Source: Deinococcales bacterium
GTDB taxonomy: Bacteria > Deinococcota > Deinococci > Deinococcales > JAAFIG01
Assembly (NCBI GenBank): GCA_043778225.1
Contig: JAYWGM010000037.1
Coordinates: 1-29,572 of the forward strand
Direction: 5' to 3'
DNA: 29,572 bases
Shown here: positions 8,337 through 16,589 of the stretch, in pieces
Position numbering within the stretch: position 1 is the stretch's first letter
How the letters are laid out: every line of letters begins with the position of its first letter
Program-made: the position numbers and the translations under genes
Notes under the pieces: model-generated
Told to the model about the DNA's origin: nothing
Databases searched by the model: none
The model's input: only the letters and a program-made list of their open reading frames with translations

Positions 8337-8864
8337 ATGAATAACTATTTTATTTATCATCGGAAAAGTAAAAATTTTGAGGGTGATACAATCTATCCAT
8401 TAAATCGTTTGCCTTTCCCTGAAATAAAAATACAAGAACAAAAAAAATATCAGGGACGTGAAGCACTGCTTGCAGTTACCATCCCACCATTGAACTGCTT
8501 ATGGAATGACGTAATTCACTGTTCACCTGTCCATCCTAATGAAGTCTACTCTGCTTTGAAAGAAGCTGGTTTTGAGCCACCTGCTGGGCAATACTTTGCA
8601 ATACCAGCGACTACTTTACAACCAGCACAAACTACAATTTTTTTATCATCAGCCAGACCAAATGACCGTTATGCAGCCGAAAATTATTTGCCATTTCTTT
8701 TAGAAAATCTTCATTTACACCAGCACTTACCCGAAGAAACCAAGACTTATTATGCGACTTGTAAATCTGAAGGGCGGAATCCTTTAATTTATGTTGGTGT
8801 ACCACACATTCTGCATTTTGGTCATATCCTCGTAAACGATTGTGAATTAATTGACATAACCTAA
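8337..8864 (+). CDS. Conserved-looking hypothetical protein (YPLN...KKY.GRE...CLWNDV.H.SP.HP)
   Basis: GAGG RBS before ATG 8337; AT-rich; contains no CTCGAG. Confidence 0.75.
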   Translation: MNNYFIYHRKSKNFEGDTIYPLNRLPFPEIKIQEQKKYQGREALLAVTIPPLNCLWNDVIHCSPVHPNEVYSALKEAGFEPPAGQYFAIPATTLQPAQTTIFLSSARPNDRYAAENYLPFLLENLHLHQHLPEETKTYYATCKSEGRNPLIYVGVPHILHFGHILVNDCELIDIT

Positions 8865-8925
8865 CAATTCAGCCCAACCACCAATTCTGACTTAACCTCG
8901 AGCAACCAATAAGAAACTAAACTGT

Positions 8926-9324
8926 ATGCCCAAACTAACCACTAAAATCCGAATTGCCCGTCCTACCAATAACCTCGAGAAAATCGTGCATTTTTATTGT
9001 GATGGACTTGGTTTTGAAATCATTGCTGGTTTTGAAGATCACAATGGTTTTGATGGTGTGATGCTTGGCTTACAAGATGCTATATACCATCTCGAGTTCA
9101 CGCATCATCGAGGTCATGTTGTGCCTGACGCTCCAACGCAGGATAATCTGCTTATTTTTTACTTGCCAGACCAAGTAGCTTGGCTCGAGGCAACCCAGCG
9201 AATGCAGCAGCAAGGCTTAAAGCCTGTAAAATCTTATAATCCCTATTGGGATGTGCATGGCAAGACTTTTCAAGACCCTGATGGTTACAGGGTTGTACTG
9301 CAAAATGCCGAGTGGTCTATATGA
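8926..9324 (+). CDS. VOC/glyoxalase family protein (YycE-like)
   Basis: RIARPT..L.....FY..GLG, H.GFDGVMLG, HLEFT, NPYW...G.TF.DPDGYRVVLQN. Confidence 0.92.
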   Translation: MPKLTTKIRIARPTNNLEKIVHFYCDGLGFEIIAGFEDHNGFDGVMLGLQDAIYHLEFTHHRGHVVPDAPTQDNLLIFYLPDQVAWLEATQRMQQQGLKPVKSYNPYWDVHGKTFQDPDGYRVVLQNAEWSI

Positions 9325-9475
9325 AGATTAAACAGCGAGATTTGAGTCATTTAGCTGGCACTTGGAGCGACGAGGAAGCCCGAGAATTTGAACGTAACAC
9401 TGCCTATTTTTCTGCTTTACCGCAAGATACTAACCCCCAATTTTGGCTTGACCTCGAGCAGATGTTTTCTCGAGT
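9321..9475 (+). pseudogene. Chimeric remnant: antitoxin C-terminus fused to a copy of the pyrophosphatase-like gene 5' end
   Basis: KQRDLSHLAGTWS matches the antitoxin at 9634-9672; NPQFWLDLEQ matches the gene start at 10163-10192. Confidence 0.75.
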
Positions 9476-9519
9476 TTTCTCAACAAATTTTAACTACAAT
9501 GACTGTAGAGGTGAACATC

Positions 9520-9738
9520 ATGACTTTAGAAATTAGTGGTACAACTCAGAATTTGCTTTTTGCCGAAGCTGAACGGCAACACACTAACCCAGAACTGTTG
9601 GCTCGTCGTTTGCTGCGTTTAAGTTTACTAACCAAACAACGCGATTTAAGTCATTTAGCTGGAACATGGTCTGAAGAGAAATATCAAGCATTTGAAGAAA
9701 GTGTTGCTTCATTGCAAGAAGTTGTTGAGGAAGATTAG
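9520..9738 (+). CDS. Antitoxin of the VapC module
   Basis: GAGGTG RBS; DLSHLAGTWS.E....FE tail typical of PIN-toxin partners; stop overlaps the vapC GTG start. Confidence 0.8.
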   Translation: MTLEISGTTQNLLFAEAERQHTNPELLARRLLRLSLLTKQRDLSHLAGTWSEEKYQAFEESVASLQEVVEED

Positions 9739-10154
9739 TGCCAAAGGTTTTACTAGATACAAACACGTATTCCTTATTCAAACGAAATAAGTCTGAGGAT
9801 GCCAAAAAAATTCTTGAATTTTCAGAAGAGATTGGTTTGCCTAGTGTTGTCATTGCTGAACTGTACGCTGGCTTTTTTGATGGTACTCAATTCACTGAAA
9901 ACGAATCGGAATTAGAGATTTTTCTGAGCGAATTAAATGTTTCTATAATTAGAATTTCTGATACAACACTGCGGATTTTTGGTGAACAAAAAACAGAACT
10001 TAAACGTATTGGCATTACCGTACCTCACAATGATTTGTGGATTGCATCCTTAGCCATTGAGCATGACTTCGTGGTGTATTCCTTGGATAAACATTTAAGA
10101 ATGATTCCTTCGATAACAGTTATTCAATCTTTTATGGAGTTTTTAGACTTATGA
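9738..10154 (+). CDS. vapC: PIN-domain VapC toxin
   Basis: LLDTN, V.AEL..G, P.NDLWIA..A.E, S.D.H acidic PIN motifs. Confidence 0.93.
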   Translation: MPKVLLDTNTYSLFKRNKSEDAKKILEFSEEIGLPSVVIAELYAGFFDGTQFTENESELEIFLSELNVSIIRISDTTLRIFGEQKTELKRIGITVPHNDLWIASLAIEHDFVVYSLDKHLRMIPSITVIQSFMEFLDL

Positions 10155-10504
10155 CTTTACCCAACCCCCAATTCTGGCTTGACCTCGAGCAACTTGTTTC
10201 CTCGAGTACCTTGCTTATTGATCGTCCGAAAGGCTCGAGCCACCCGCGTTATGCCGATTTAATTTATCCTTTTGATTATGGTGAACTCGAGGGTACAAGC
10301 GGTGGTGATGGTGCTGGCATTGATGTTTGGGTTGGATCGCTCGAGAAAACTGTTACGGGCGTTCTTGCCACGGTAGATACAGTTAAACGAGATTCGGAAA
10401 CCAAAATATTATTGGGTTGCTCGAGTCTCGAGATGATGCAGATTCGGGATTGGTATAACAACGTTGCTAAGGTGCAGTGTTTGTTACTCGAGAGGAGTTT
10501 ATGA
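10151..10504 (+). CDS. Short inorganic pyrophosphatase-like protein
   Basis: IDRPKGS.HP, YP.DYG.L.GT...DG..IDV and D.E.K motifs. Confidence 0.85.
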   Translation: MTLPNPQFWLDLEQLVSSSTLLIDRPKGSSHPRYADLIYPFDYGELEGTSGGDGAGIDVWVGSLEKTVTGVLATVDTVKRDSETKILLGCSSLEMMQIRDWYNNVAKVQCLLLERSL

Positions 10505-11019
10505 TGGCTGATTCTTTTGCGTTCTGTGGGTATTGCGGTTCTAAGTATCCTGAAAATCAACCGATTTTTGCTCGGACTTGCTCGAGTTGCGGACGAACAG
10601 CGTATAAGAATCCGTTGCCTGTGGCTGTGGTGCTTGTGCCTGTGCGTCTCGAGTCAGATGATTTGGGTTTGCTGGTGATTCGTCGCAGTATTCCGCCTCG
10701 GGAGGGGCAATTGGCATTGCCGGGCGGGTTTATTAACTTCGGTGAGTCGTGGCAAGTTGGGGCTGCCCGCGAAGTTCTCGAGGAAACTGGGTTACAAGTT
10801 GCATCTGATAGTATTCGTTTAGCTCGAGTTCATAGTGCGCCAGACAGTACAATCCTGATTTTTGGAATTGCACCAATTCAGCCTTCAAATGTTCTGGAGG
10901 CTTTAACATTGTCGTCTGAGACTTCTGAAATTGCCATTCTCGAGTCGTTCGCGCCTTTGGCATTTGCGCTTCATACACAAATTGCCGAAGAATTTTTTGA
11001 AGGCGTGTTTTTCTCGTGA
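10501..11019 (+). CDS. Nudix hydrolase with N-terminal zinc ribbon
   Basis: FCGYCG...CSSCG, Y.NP.PV, LPGGF...GE.....AAREV.EETGL; GAGGAG RBS before ATG 10501. Confidence 0.92.
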   Translation: MMADSFAFCGYCGSKYPENQPIFARTCSSCGRTAYKNPLPVAVVLVPVRLESDDLGLLVIRRSIPPREGQLALPGGFINFGESWQVGAAREVLEETGLQVASDSIRLARVHSAPDSTILIFGIAPIQPSNVLEALTLSSETSEIAILESFAPLAFALHTQIAEEFFEGVFFS

Positions 11020-11525
11020 TTCCAGTTCTTCGCACCGCTACCAACGCCGATGCTGAGTTAATCGCACAACTCACTCGAGCCGCTTGGGTTGGAAAACCAG
11101 CCAACTCAAGCGCTCATAACGAAACAGCCGAAATTATTCTGAAAAGTCTCGAGGACGGCGAAATTATCATTATGGAACTTGGTGGAAAACCAATAGGTGC
11201 AGTCCGAATTTATCCTGTTCTCGAGAATGGTTTTCCGATTGCCCTCGAGATGGCACGATTAGCTGTGCTACCAGAGTACCGTGGGCGCGGCATCAGCACG
11301 TGGCTGACCAACGAAGTGATGATTCGGGCAATGCAGCGCGGTATCGAAGAATTGCGTTTAGCCGTGCGAACCGATGAACCGGGCTTAGTCAATTTTTATG
11401 AACGCATTGGTTTTTTTATTGACTCGAGCATCACTTATAGCCATGCTAATCCGAACAGTCCTAAACCAATTACCATGCGAAAGTATTTATTTACGCATCT
11501 TCCACCAAGAGGGGATTTTGTATGA
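11016..11525 (+). CDS. GNAT acetyltransferase
   Basis: RLAVLPEYRGRGI (motif A) and FYERIGF. Confidence 0.9.
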   Translation: MIPVLRTATNADAELIAQLTRAAWVGKPANSSAHNETAEIILKSLEDGEIIIMELGGKPIGAVRIYPVLENGFPIALEMARLAVLPEYRGRGISTWLTNEVMIRAMQRGIEELRLAVRTDEPGLVNFYERIGFFIDSSITYSHANPNSPKPITMRKYLFTHLPPRGDFV

Positions 11526-11773
11526 AAAAAGAATCGCCACAAACCCTAGGAATTGCACTGGTGATTGGTTGTGTGATGAGCATTTACTTTGCAATTGATT
11601 TTCTTAGAAACTATCAGGCATTTCAATTGCAACAAGTTATTTCACTTGGCAGACGCGGACGAGTCGGTATTCCCACAACCTTTGATGTGACCTTCAAAGG
11701 ATTATTTGTACTGGTAGGCATTGCTCTTGTGTCTTACATTATTTTTCGACTCATCAAAGGCAGTTCTAAATGA
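11522..11773 (+). CDS. Small two-TM membrane protein
   Basis: Two hydrophobic helices; ATGA-coupled at both ends. Confidence 0.65.
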   Translation: MKKESPQTLGIALVIGCVMSIYFAIDFLRNYQAFQLQQVISLGRRGRVGIPTTFDVTFKGLFVLVGIALVSYIIFRLIKGSSK

Positions 11774-11997
11774 ATGACACCCATCCAAAAATAGAAGCGA
11801 TTCATCTCGAGATGCTGCGTTCATTGACTCCAGAGGCACGGTTAAAATTGGCTTTGCGCTTCTCGAGAAATATTATTGATTTATCCAGAAAGCAATTCGT
11901 CAATCGTCATGGCGAACTTGGTTTGCAGCGTTGGCTTGAAGCCCATTATGGTGAAAAATTGGCTCGAGGTGCGCTAGGTAAGGCTTATCATGAATGA
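11770..11997 (+). CDS. Small protein (M.DT.P....R...PE.RL type), partner of the downstream nucleotidyltransferase
   Basis: MNDTHPKIE...LRSLTPEARL; overlaps the next gene. Confidence 0.7.
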   Translation: MNDTHPKIEAIHLEMLRSLTPEARLKLALRFSRNIIDLSRKQFVNRHGELGLQRWLEAHYGEKLARGALGKAYHE

Positions 11998-12559
11998 ATC
12001 CCTTGAAGCGCTACGGTTATTAATTACAGTATTTGAGCGACTTGGAATTTCTTATCGAGTTGGTGGTTCACTCGCAAGCAGTGTTCATGGCATCGCTCGA
12101 GCAACCGTAGACGCAGATTTAATCGCTAACATCGAGCAAAAGCACGTTCTGGCTTTTTCACAAGCCTTAAAAGGTTCATATTATGTGGATGAACAAATGA
12201 TAGCTGATGCCTTAAAAGTTGGTCAATCTTTTAATTTAATTCATTTAGACACCTACATCAAAATTGATATTTTCCCTTTGAATAAAAGAAAATACGATCA
12301 ATTTTCTTTTGAACGGTTTTTTGTGACGGAAGCAACAAATTTTATTACCGCCGAAGATAGTATTCTTAGAAAACTTGAATGGTTTCGTTTATCGGACGGC
12401 TCAGAACGACAATGGCGCGATGTTCAAGGAATACTAAAAATACAAAAAATAAATCTGGATTTTGATTATCTAAATCACTGGGCAACAGACTTAGGTCTGG
12501 CTGATTTGCTCGAGAAAGCCATTGCCGAAGCCAAAACTTTAACGAATAAGGAGAAATAA
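11990..12559 (+). CDS. Nucleotidyltransferase-fold protein (DUF6036/AbiEii-like)
   Basis: GGS.AS..HG..R.T.D.D, K.D.F, EDSIL.KL.W and RQWRDV motifs. Confidence 0.8.
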   Translation: MNESLEALRLLITVFERLGISYRVGGSLASSVHGIARATVDADLIANIEQKHVLAFSQALKGSYYVDEQMIADALKVGQSFNLIHLDTYIKIDIFPLNKRKYDQFSFERFFVTEATNFITAEDSILRKLEWFRLSDGSERQWRDVQGILKIQKINLDFDYLNHWATDLGLADLLEKAIAEAKTLTNKEK

Positions 12560-13948
12560 ATGTCAGCGACCAATAAAAAACCGTGGGGTGGGCGTTTTGA
12601 ATCCGAAACCAGCAAACTCGTCGAGGCTTTTAATGCCAGTGTGGATTTCGATAAACGACTGGTTCTCGAGGATATTGCGGGTTCTACGGCACACGTCAGA
12701 ATGCTTGGTGCAGTTGGTATTCTCGAGCCAGACGAAGTGACCCAGATTCTTGAGGGATTGGAAAAAGTGCTGCTCGAGGTTGAAGCTGGTACGTTCCCGT
12801 GGCGCATCGAACTCGAGGATGTGCATATGAACGTTGAAACACGTCTCAAAGAGTTGATTGGAGCAACGGCTGGGAAGTTGCACACCGCCCGAAGCCGTAA
12901 CGACCAGGTGGCACTGGATTTTAGGCTCTGGGTCAAAAAAGCCAGCCTTCGCACCGCCCAGAAACTCGAGACGCTCAGGGATACCATGCTGTCCGAAGCT
13001 GAGCGCAATTTTGGCATTGTCATGCCGGGCTACACGCATTTACAGGTCGCGCAACCGATTCTGGTTTCGCATTGGTTTATGGCGTACTTTGAAATGTTCA
13101 GCCGTGACATTTCAAGATTTTACGATGCGGCTAACCGCATGAACGAATCGCCGCTCGGGGCTGGAGCATTGGCTGGAACACCATGGCAAATTGACCGCTT
13201 TCAGACTGCTACCGAACTTGGTTTTGCCGCACCAACCCGCAATAGCTTGGATTCTGTAGGCTCGAGAGATTTTGCGCTCGAGTATCTGAGTGCAGCCAGC
13301 ATTTGTATGGCAACCCTAAGCCGAATCTCGGAAGAACTGATTCTCTACTCGAGTTTTGAATTTGGATTTGTCACCTTGCCAGACTCGCACACCACGGGCA
13401 GCAGCATCATGCCGCAAAAGAAAAATCCTGATGTGGCAGAACTGGCTCGGGGCAAAGCTGGTCGGGTTTTTGGGGATTTAATGGCGCTTTTAACGGTCGT
13501 TAAAGGCACACCACTGGCGTACAATAAGGATTTCCAAGAAGACAAAGAACCCGTTTTTGATGCCGCCGACACCTTAGAAGCGATTCTCGAGTTATACGCC
13601 GATATGCTGCCCCTCTGCACTTGGAATGCCGCCACTACCGAAATTGCTGCCGCTCAAGGCTACAGCACCGCCACAGACCTCGCTGACTACCTCGCACGGC
13701 AAGGCGTACCATTCCGTGAAGCCCATGAAGTGGTTGGAAAATTGGTTGGGTTGTGCGTCAAAACCAATCGGCACTTGTGGCAACTCGAGGAAACCGAACT
13801 CAAAACCGCTCATGAATTGCTGGATGCTCGAGCGCTCGAGGTTGTGACTGTACAAGCCAGTGTGGCTGCCCGAACCAGTTATGGTGGAACAGCCCCAATT
13901 CGCGTTCAAGAAGCCATAAACGCTGCCAGAAAACAAATTCAGTCCTAG
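12560..13948 (+). CDS. argH: Argininosuccinate lyase
   Basis: WGGRF, EDVH, LHTARSRNDQV, MPGYTHLQ, GSSIMPQKKNPD, YNKDFQEDKE. Confidence 0.99.
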   Translation: MSATNKKPWGGRFESETSKLVEAFNASVDFDKRLVLEDIAGSTAHVRMLGAVGILEPDEVTQILEGLEKVLLEVEAGTFPWRIELEDVHMNVETRLKELIGATAGKLHTARSRNDQVALDFRLWVKKASLRTAQKLETLRDTMLSEAERNFGIVMPGYTHLQVAQPILVSHWFMAYFEMFSRDISRFYDAANRMNESPLGAGALAGTPWQIDRFQTATELGFAAPTRNSLDSVGSRDFALEYLSAASICMATLSRISEELILYSSFEFGFVTLPDSHTTGSSIMPQKKNPDVAELARGKAGRVFGDLMALLTVVKGTPLAYNKDFQEDKEPVFDAADTLEAILELYADMLPLCTWNAATTEIAAAQGYSTATDLADYLARQGVPFREAHEVVGKLVGLCVKTNRHLWQLEETELKTAHELLDARALEVVTVQASVAARTSYGGTAPIRVQEAINAARKQIQS

Positions 13949-13975
13949 AACAACCATCTAAATTAGGAGGTCAAT

Positions 13976-14515
13976 ATGTTGCAACTTACACCAATGGTTC
14001 ATTTACCTATCATCAATCCCAATCTTCCGCTTGACCTTCGACACGCCACCCTCGAGGATGTGCCTAAAATTTACGATTTAGTCAAATACTGGGCAGACAA
14101 AGGGCGGATGCTCGAGCGCAGCCATCAATTGCTCGAGTCTACGATTGATGAATTTTTGATTCTCGAAAATATTTCTGGCGAACTCGCGGGTTGTGTCGGT
14201 TTACACCGCATGGCGACCGATTTAGCAGAGGTACGTGGCTTGGCAATCCATCCAAGTTTTCAGGGCAAAGGCTTAGGACGTTGGTTGGTGCTTGGAACAG
14301 AGCGCTTTGCACGGGATTTGGGTTTGAAGCGCTTATTCGCTTGGACATACGAGCAGCGTTTTTTTGAGAAATGTGGTTTTTTGCGGATTCCTCGAGAAGT
14401 CGAAACCCTTCCTTCGGAGATTCATGCCGAGTGTACACGCTGTCAGTTTCAGACCAATTGCCAAGAAATTCCAATGCTTAAAATGCTCGAGCGTCCAAAG
14501 TTGGTGGTTGCTTAA
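13976..14515 (+). CDS. Short-form N-acetylglutamate synthase-like GNAT (Arg(A))
   Basis: G.ML.RS, LAEVR.LA....QGKG.G, F..T....FF.K.GF and Cys-rich EC..C.....C.E tail; directly after argH; GGAGG RBS. Confidence 0.8.
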   Translation: MLQLTPMVHLPIINPNLPLDLRHATLEDVPKIYDLVKYWADKGRMLERSHQLLESTIDEFLILENISGELAGCVGLHRMATDLAEVRGLAIHPSFQGKGLGRWLVLGTERFARDLGLKRLFAWTYEQRFFEKCGFLRIPREVETLPSEIHAECTRCQFQTNCQEIPMLKMLERPKLVVA

Positions 14516-15474
14516 TTGACTTTGACTGCATATCTTTTTTGCAACAGTATCTCAATCACACTAAATTCTTCGCGTTGATTGTCGGGCAGTTGTTTGGCAA
14601 TACTTGCCAAAAAGCGCTCGAGTTGGCTCTTTTTGAGATGCTCGAGTCCAATACCAAGTTCGTTGGCGGCATCTTTAATCACAATCGTTGCCATTGGTCC
14701 AACCAAGCGGGTAAAATTCCAGCGCAAATCCTCGAGAAAATCGTTGCCAAGGGTTGGGTCGCTCGAGTTTTGTTCAAGCGCGGTGCTGATGTCTTCGGCA
14801 CTCAAAATTTGCTCGAGCATATCGTCAAAGGCTTGGGTGGCTTTGGTTGGGTCGTGTTGGGCAATCGCTTCGACCATATTGCTGTGGGCTTGGTGCAGTT
14901 TTTGAAAACCTTGGGTTAAAAATAGGGTTGTGCTGAGGTTGCGGATTAAACCAGCCAAGGGCGTATGAATGACGTGTAGCAATTGGGTCACGACCCGATT
15001 ACCACAAGCCTCTGCAATCGCAAAGTGCAGCGCAAAATCGGCTTGAATATAATTTTCGACGTTATCTTTGGCAGCGTTCATATCCATCAAGATGGCTCGC
15101 ATTTCAGCAACTTGGTTGGCGGTGGCGTGCTTGGCTGCATTGGTCAGGGTATAATGCTCGAGCAAACGCCGTGCAGATAAAAATTCTTGAGCTTCGTTGG
15201 TTTGGCTGACCGCCTGAAAAAAATTGCCCAAGTTGTGGTTATCGGCAGCACAGACCACTGTGCCGCGCCCCGGTTGGGCTTCGAGCAGTCCAATCGTGGC
15301 TAAAATACTGATCGCTTCGCGCACGGTTGGCAGGCTTGTACCAAATTGCTTTGCCAAGTCCCGTTGGCTTGGCAGCACATCACCCGGCTGGTATGTTCCT
15401 TGTTGAATCATCTCTTGGAGTTGCTGTGCCATATCTGCGCCAAGTGAGTTTCTTTTTTGTAAAGGTCGAATCAT
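14512..15474 (-). CDS. GntR/FadR-family regulator (wHTH + FCD) with extra C-terminal helical domain
   Basis: LPSQRDLA..FG.S..TVREA...L...GL....GRGT; D..FH..IA...GN; about 75-aa tail with LVGPMATIVIKDAA; start chosen at MIRP after AAAGGA. Confidence 0.9.
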   Translation of the reverse strand: MIRPLQKRNSLGADMAQQLQEMIQQGTYQPGDVLPSQRDLAKQFGTSLPTVREAISILATIGLLEAQPGRGTVVCAADNHNLGNFFQAVSQTNEAQEFLSARRLLEHYTLTNAAKHATANQVAEMRAILMDMNAAKDNVENYIQADFALHFAIAEACGNRVVTQLLHVIHTPLAGLIRNLSTTLFLTQGFQKLHQAHSNMVEAIAQHDPTKATQAFDDMLEQILSAEDISTALEQNSSDPTLGNDFLEDLRWNFTRLVGPMATIVIKDAANELGIGLEHLKKSQLERFLASIAKQLPDNQREEFSVIEILLQKRYAVKVN

Positions 15475-15493
15475 GGTATTTCCTTTGTTCATT

Positions 15494-16390
15494 TCACTTA
15501 TTGGCACGGCGCATGGCAAGCACAAGGCTCAGGCGCATTCGCTCAACGGCTTTGCCGAGGTCTTCGATTTCATCTCGAGTTGGCGCAAGAATTGGCGTAT
15601 TGATTTCGCCCAAACTAATCCGATTGACCGCTTTGGTAATGTCAATCACGGGTTGAGCAAGGCGTTGACTAAAAAGTAAACCAAGAACTATCGCGGCAAC
15701 AATTACCAGCACCATCAAAAGCAACACCAAAATAAATTGGGTATCCAGCACACTCTGAACTTCACTCGAGCGCACCCCCACCCCTAAATCAAAAATTTTT
15801 TTACCGTTGGGCTGTGGGTCTTGGCGAAATCTGACCGAGCGCTGACCATTGGGTAAATCGTAAATTTCGGCGTGTATCAAGTCATAAACCGTGCTTTGAT
15901 TGGCTGTTTTTTGGTAGAGCAGAATTTTTTCACGCAAGTGTTCGCCAATTTGTTGTTGGTCGGCAGCTGTTCCCAATAAATCGAGTTGTTGCTGGTAGGT
16001 TTGGGCGCGTTTGTCAATGTACTTAAACTGGTTGCTGTCTGGCATGGCTAACAGGGCGCTGTCGTATTGACGCACCAAGTACCAGTCGGTCTCGGTATTT
16101 TTGGAAGTAAAAAAACGGGTCGCTTCACCAGTTGGGCGAATATCAATAAAAGCAATATCTCGAGACGAAACCGCCGCTTTAAGTTGGTTATCCACCAGAG
16201 TAAAATCGGTGATGTCTACGGTGCTGGCGAGAACTCGAGCCACGGTACTGGCAAGGTTGCTCGAGGCGGTGCTGAGAATAATCTGGCGATAAATTAAAAG
16301 TATTATGCCTATCACAATACCAATAAAAAGGACTGGCAAAATTGTAGCTAGGGTGATTTTGGTGCGAAAACTCTGGCGTGCTTGGTTCAT
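15494..16390 (-). CDS. Two-TM membrane protein ending in a HAMP domain, no output domain
   Basis: TM, about 170-aa extracytoplasmic loop, TM, then P...I......IS.G......DEI..L..A.ERMR.SL and stop. Confidence 0.88.
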   Translation of the reverse strand: MNQARQSFRTKITLATILPVLFIGIVIGIILLIYRQIILSTASSNLASTVARVLASTVDITDFTLVDNQLKAAVSSRDIAFIDIRPTGEATRFFTSKNTETDWYLVRQYDSALLAMPDSNQFKYIDKRAQTYQQQLDLLGTAADQQQIGEHLREKILLYQKTANQSTVYDLIHAEIYDLPNGQRSVRFRQDPQPNGKKIFDLGVGVRSSEVQSVLDTQFILVLLLMVLVIVAAIVLGLLFSQRLAQPVIDITKAVNRISLGEINTPILAPTRDEIEDLGKAVERMRLSLVLAMRRANK

Positions 16391-16468
16391 ACTGACCTCG
16401 ATTTCTTACACCGCACCGTATCACATTATAATTTATACTCAAGTCGAATGTTCCGAACTCTATAACAC

Positions 16469-16497
16469 TTGACATTGATTCAGCAAGTGGTTATCAT
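16469..16497 (+). promoter_or_regulatory. Sigma70-type promoter of the liv operon
   Basis: TTGACA, 17 nt, TATCAT. Confidence 0.7.
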
Positions 16498-16589
16498 CTG
16501 ACCTCGAAAGCCACAATTTGGTTTCAAACAAAAACGCCACGCAGCGTGTGTATTTGCATACACGACTGTTTTTCGTTTTCGGAGGACGT

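Larger units (their letters stand above)
9432..10207 (+). repeat. About 44-bp imperfect direct repeat (9432-9475 / 10163-10207) flanking the vapBC module
   Basis: AACCCCCAATT(T/C)TGGCTTGACCTCGAGCA is 28/29 identical; similarity continues to, and stops at, a second CTCGAGT. Confidence 0.9.

Noticed and set aside
7591..12559. Classical integron
   Set aside because: No tyrosine recombinase and no repeated attC sites; most genes overlap, leaving no room for them.
12475..13039. Long antisense or alternate-frame ORFs (also 6679-7239, 1570-2174, 16666-17175)
   Set aside because: Shadows of well-supported genes, with no recognisable motifs or start signals.
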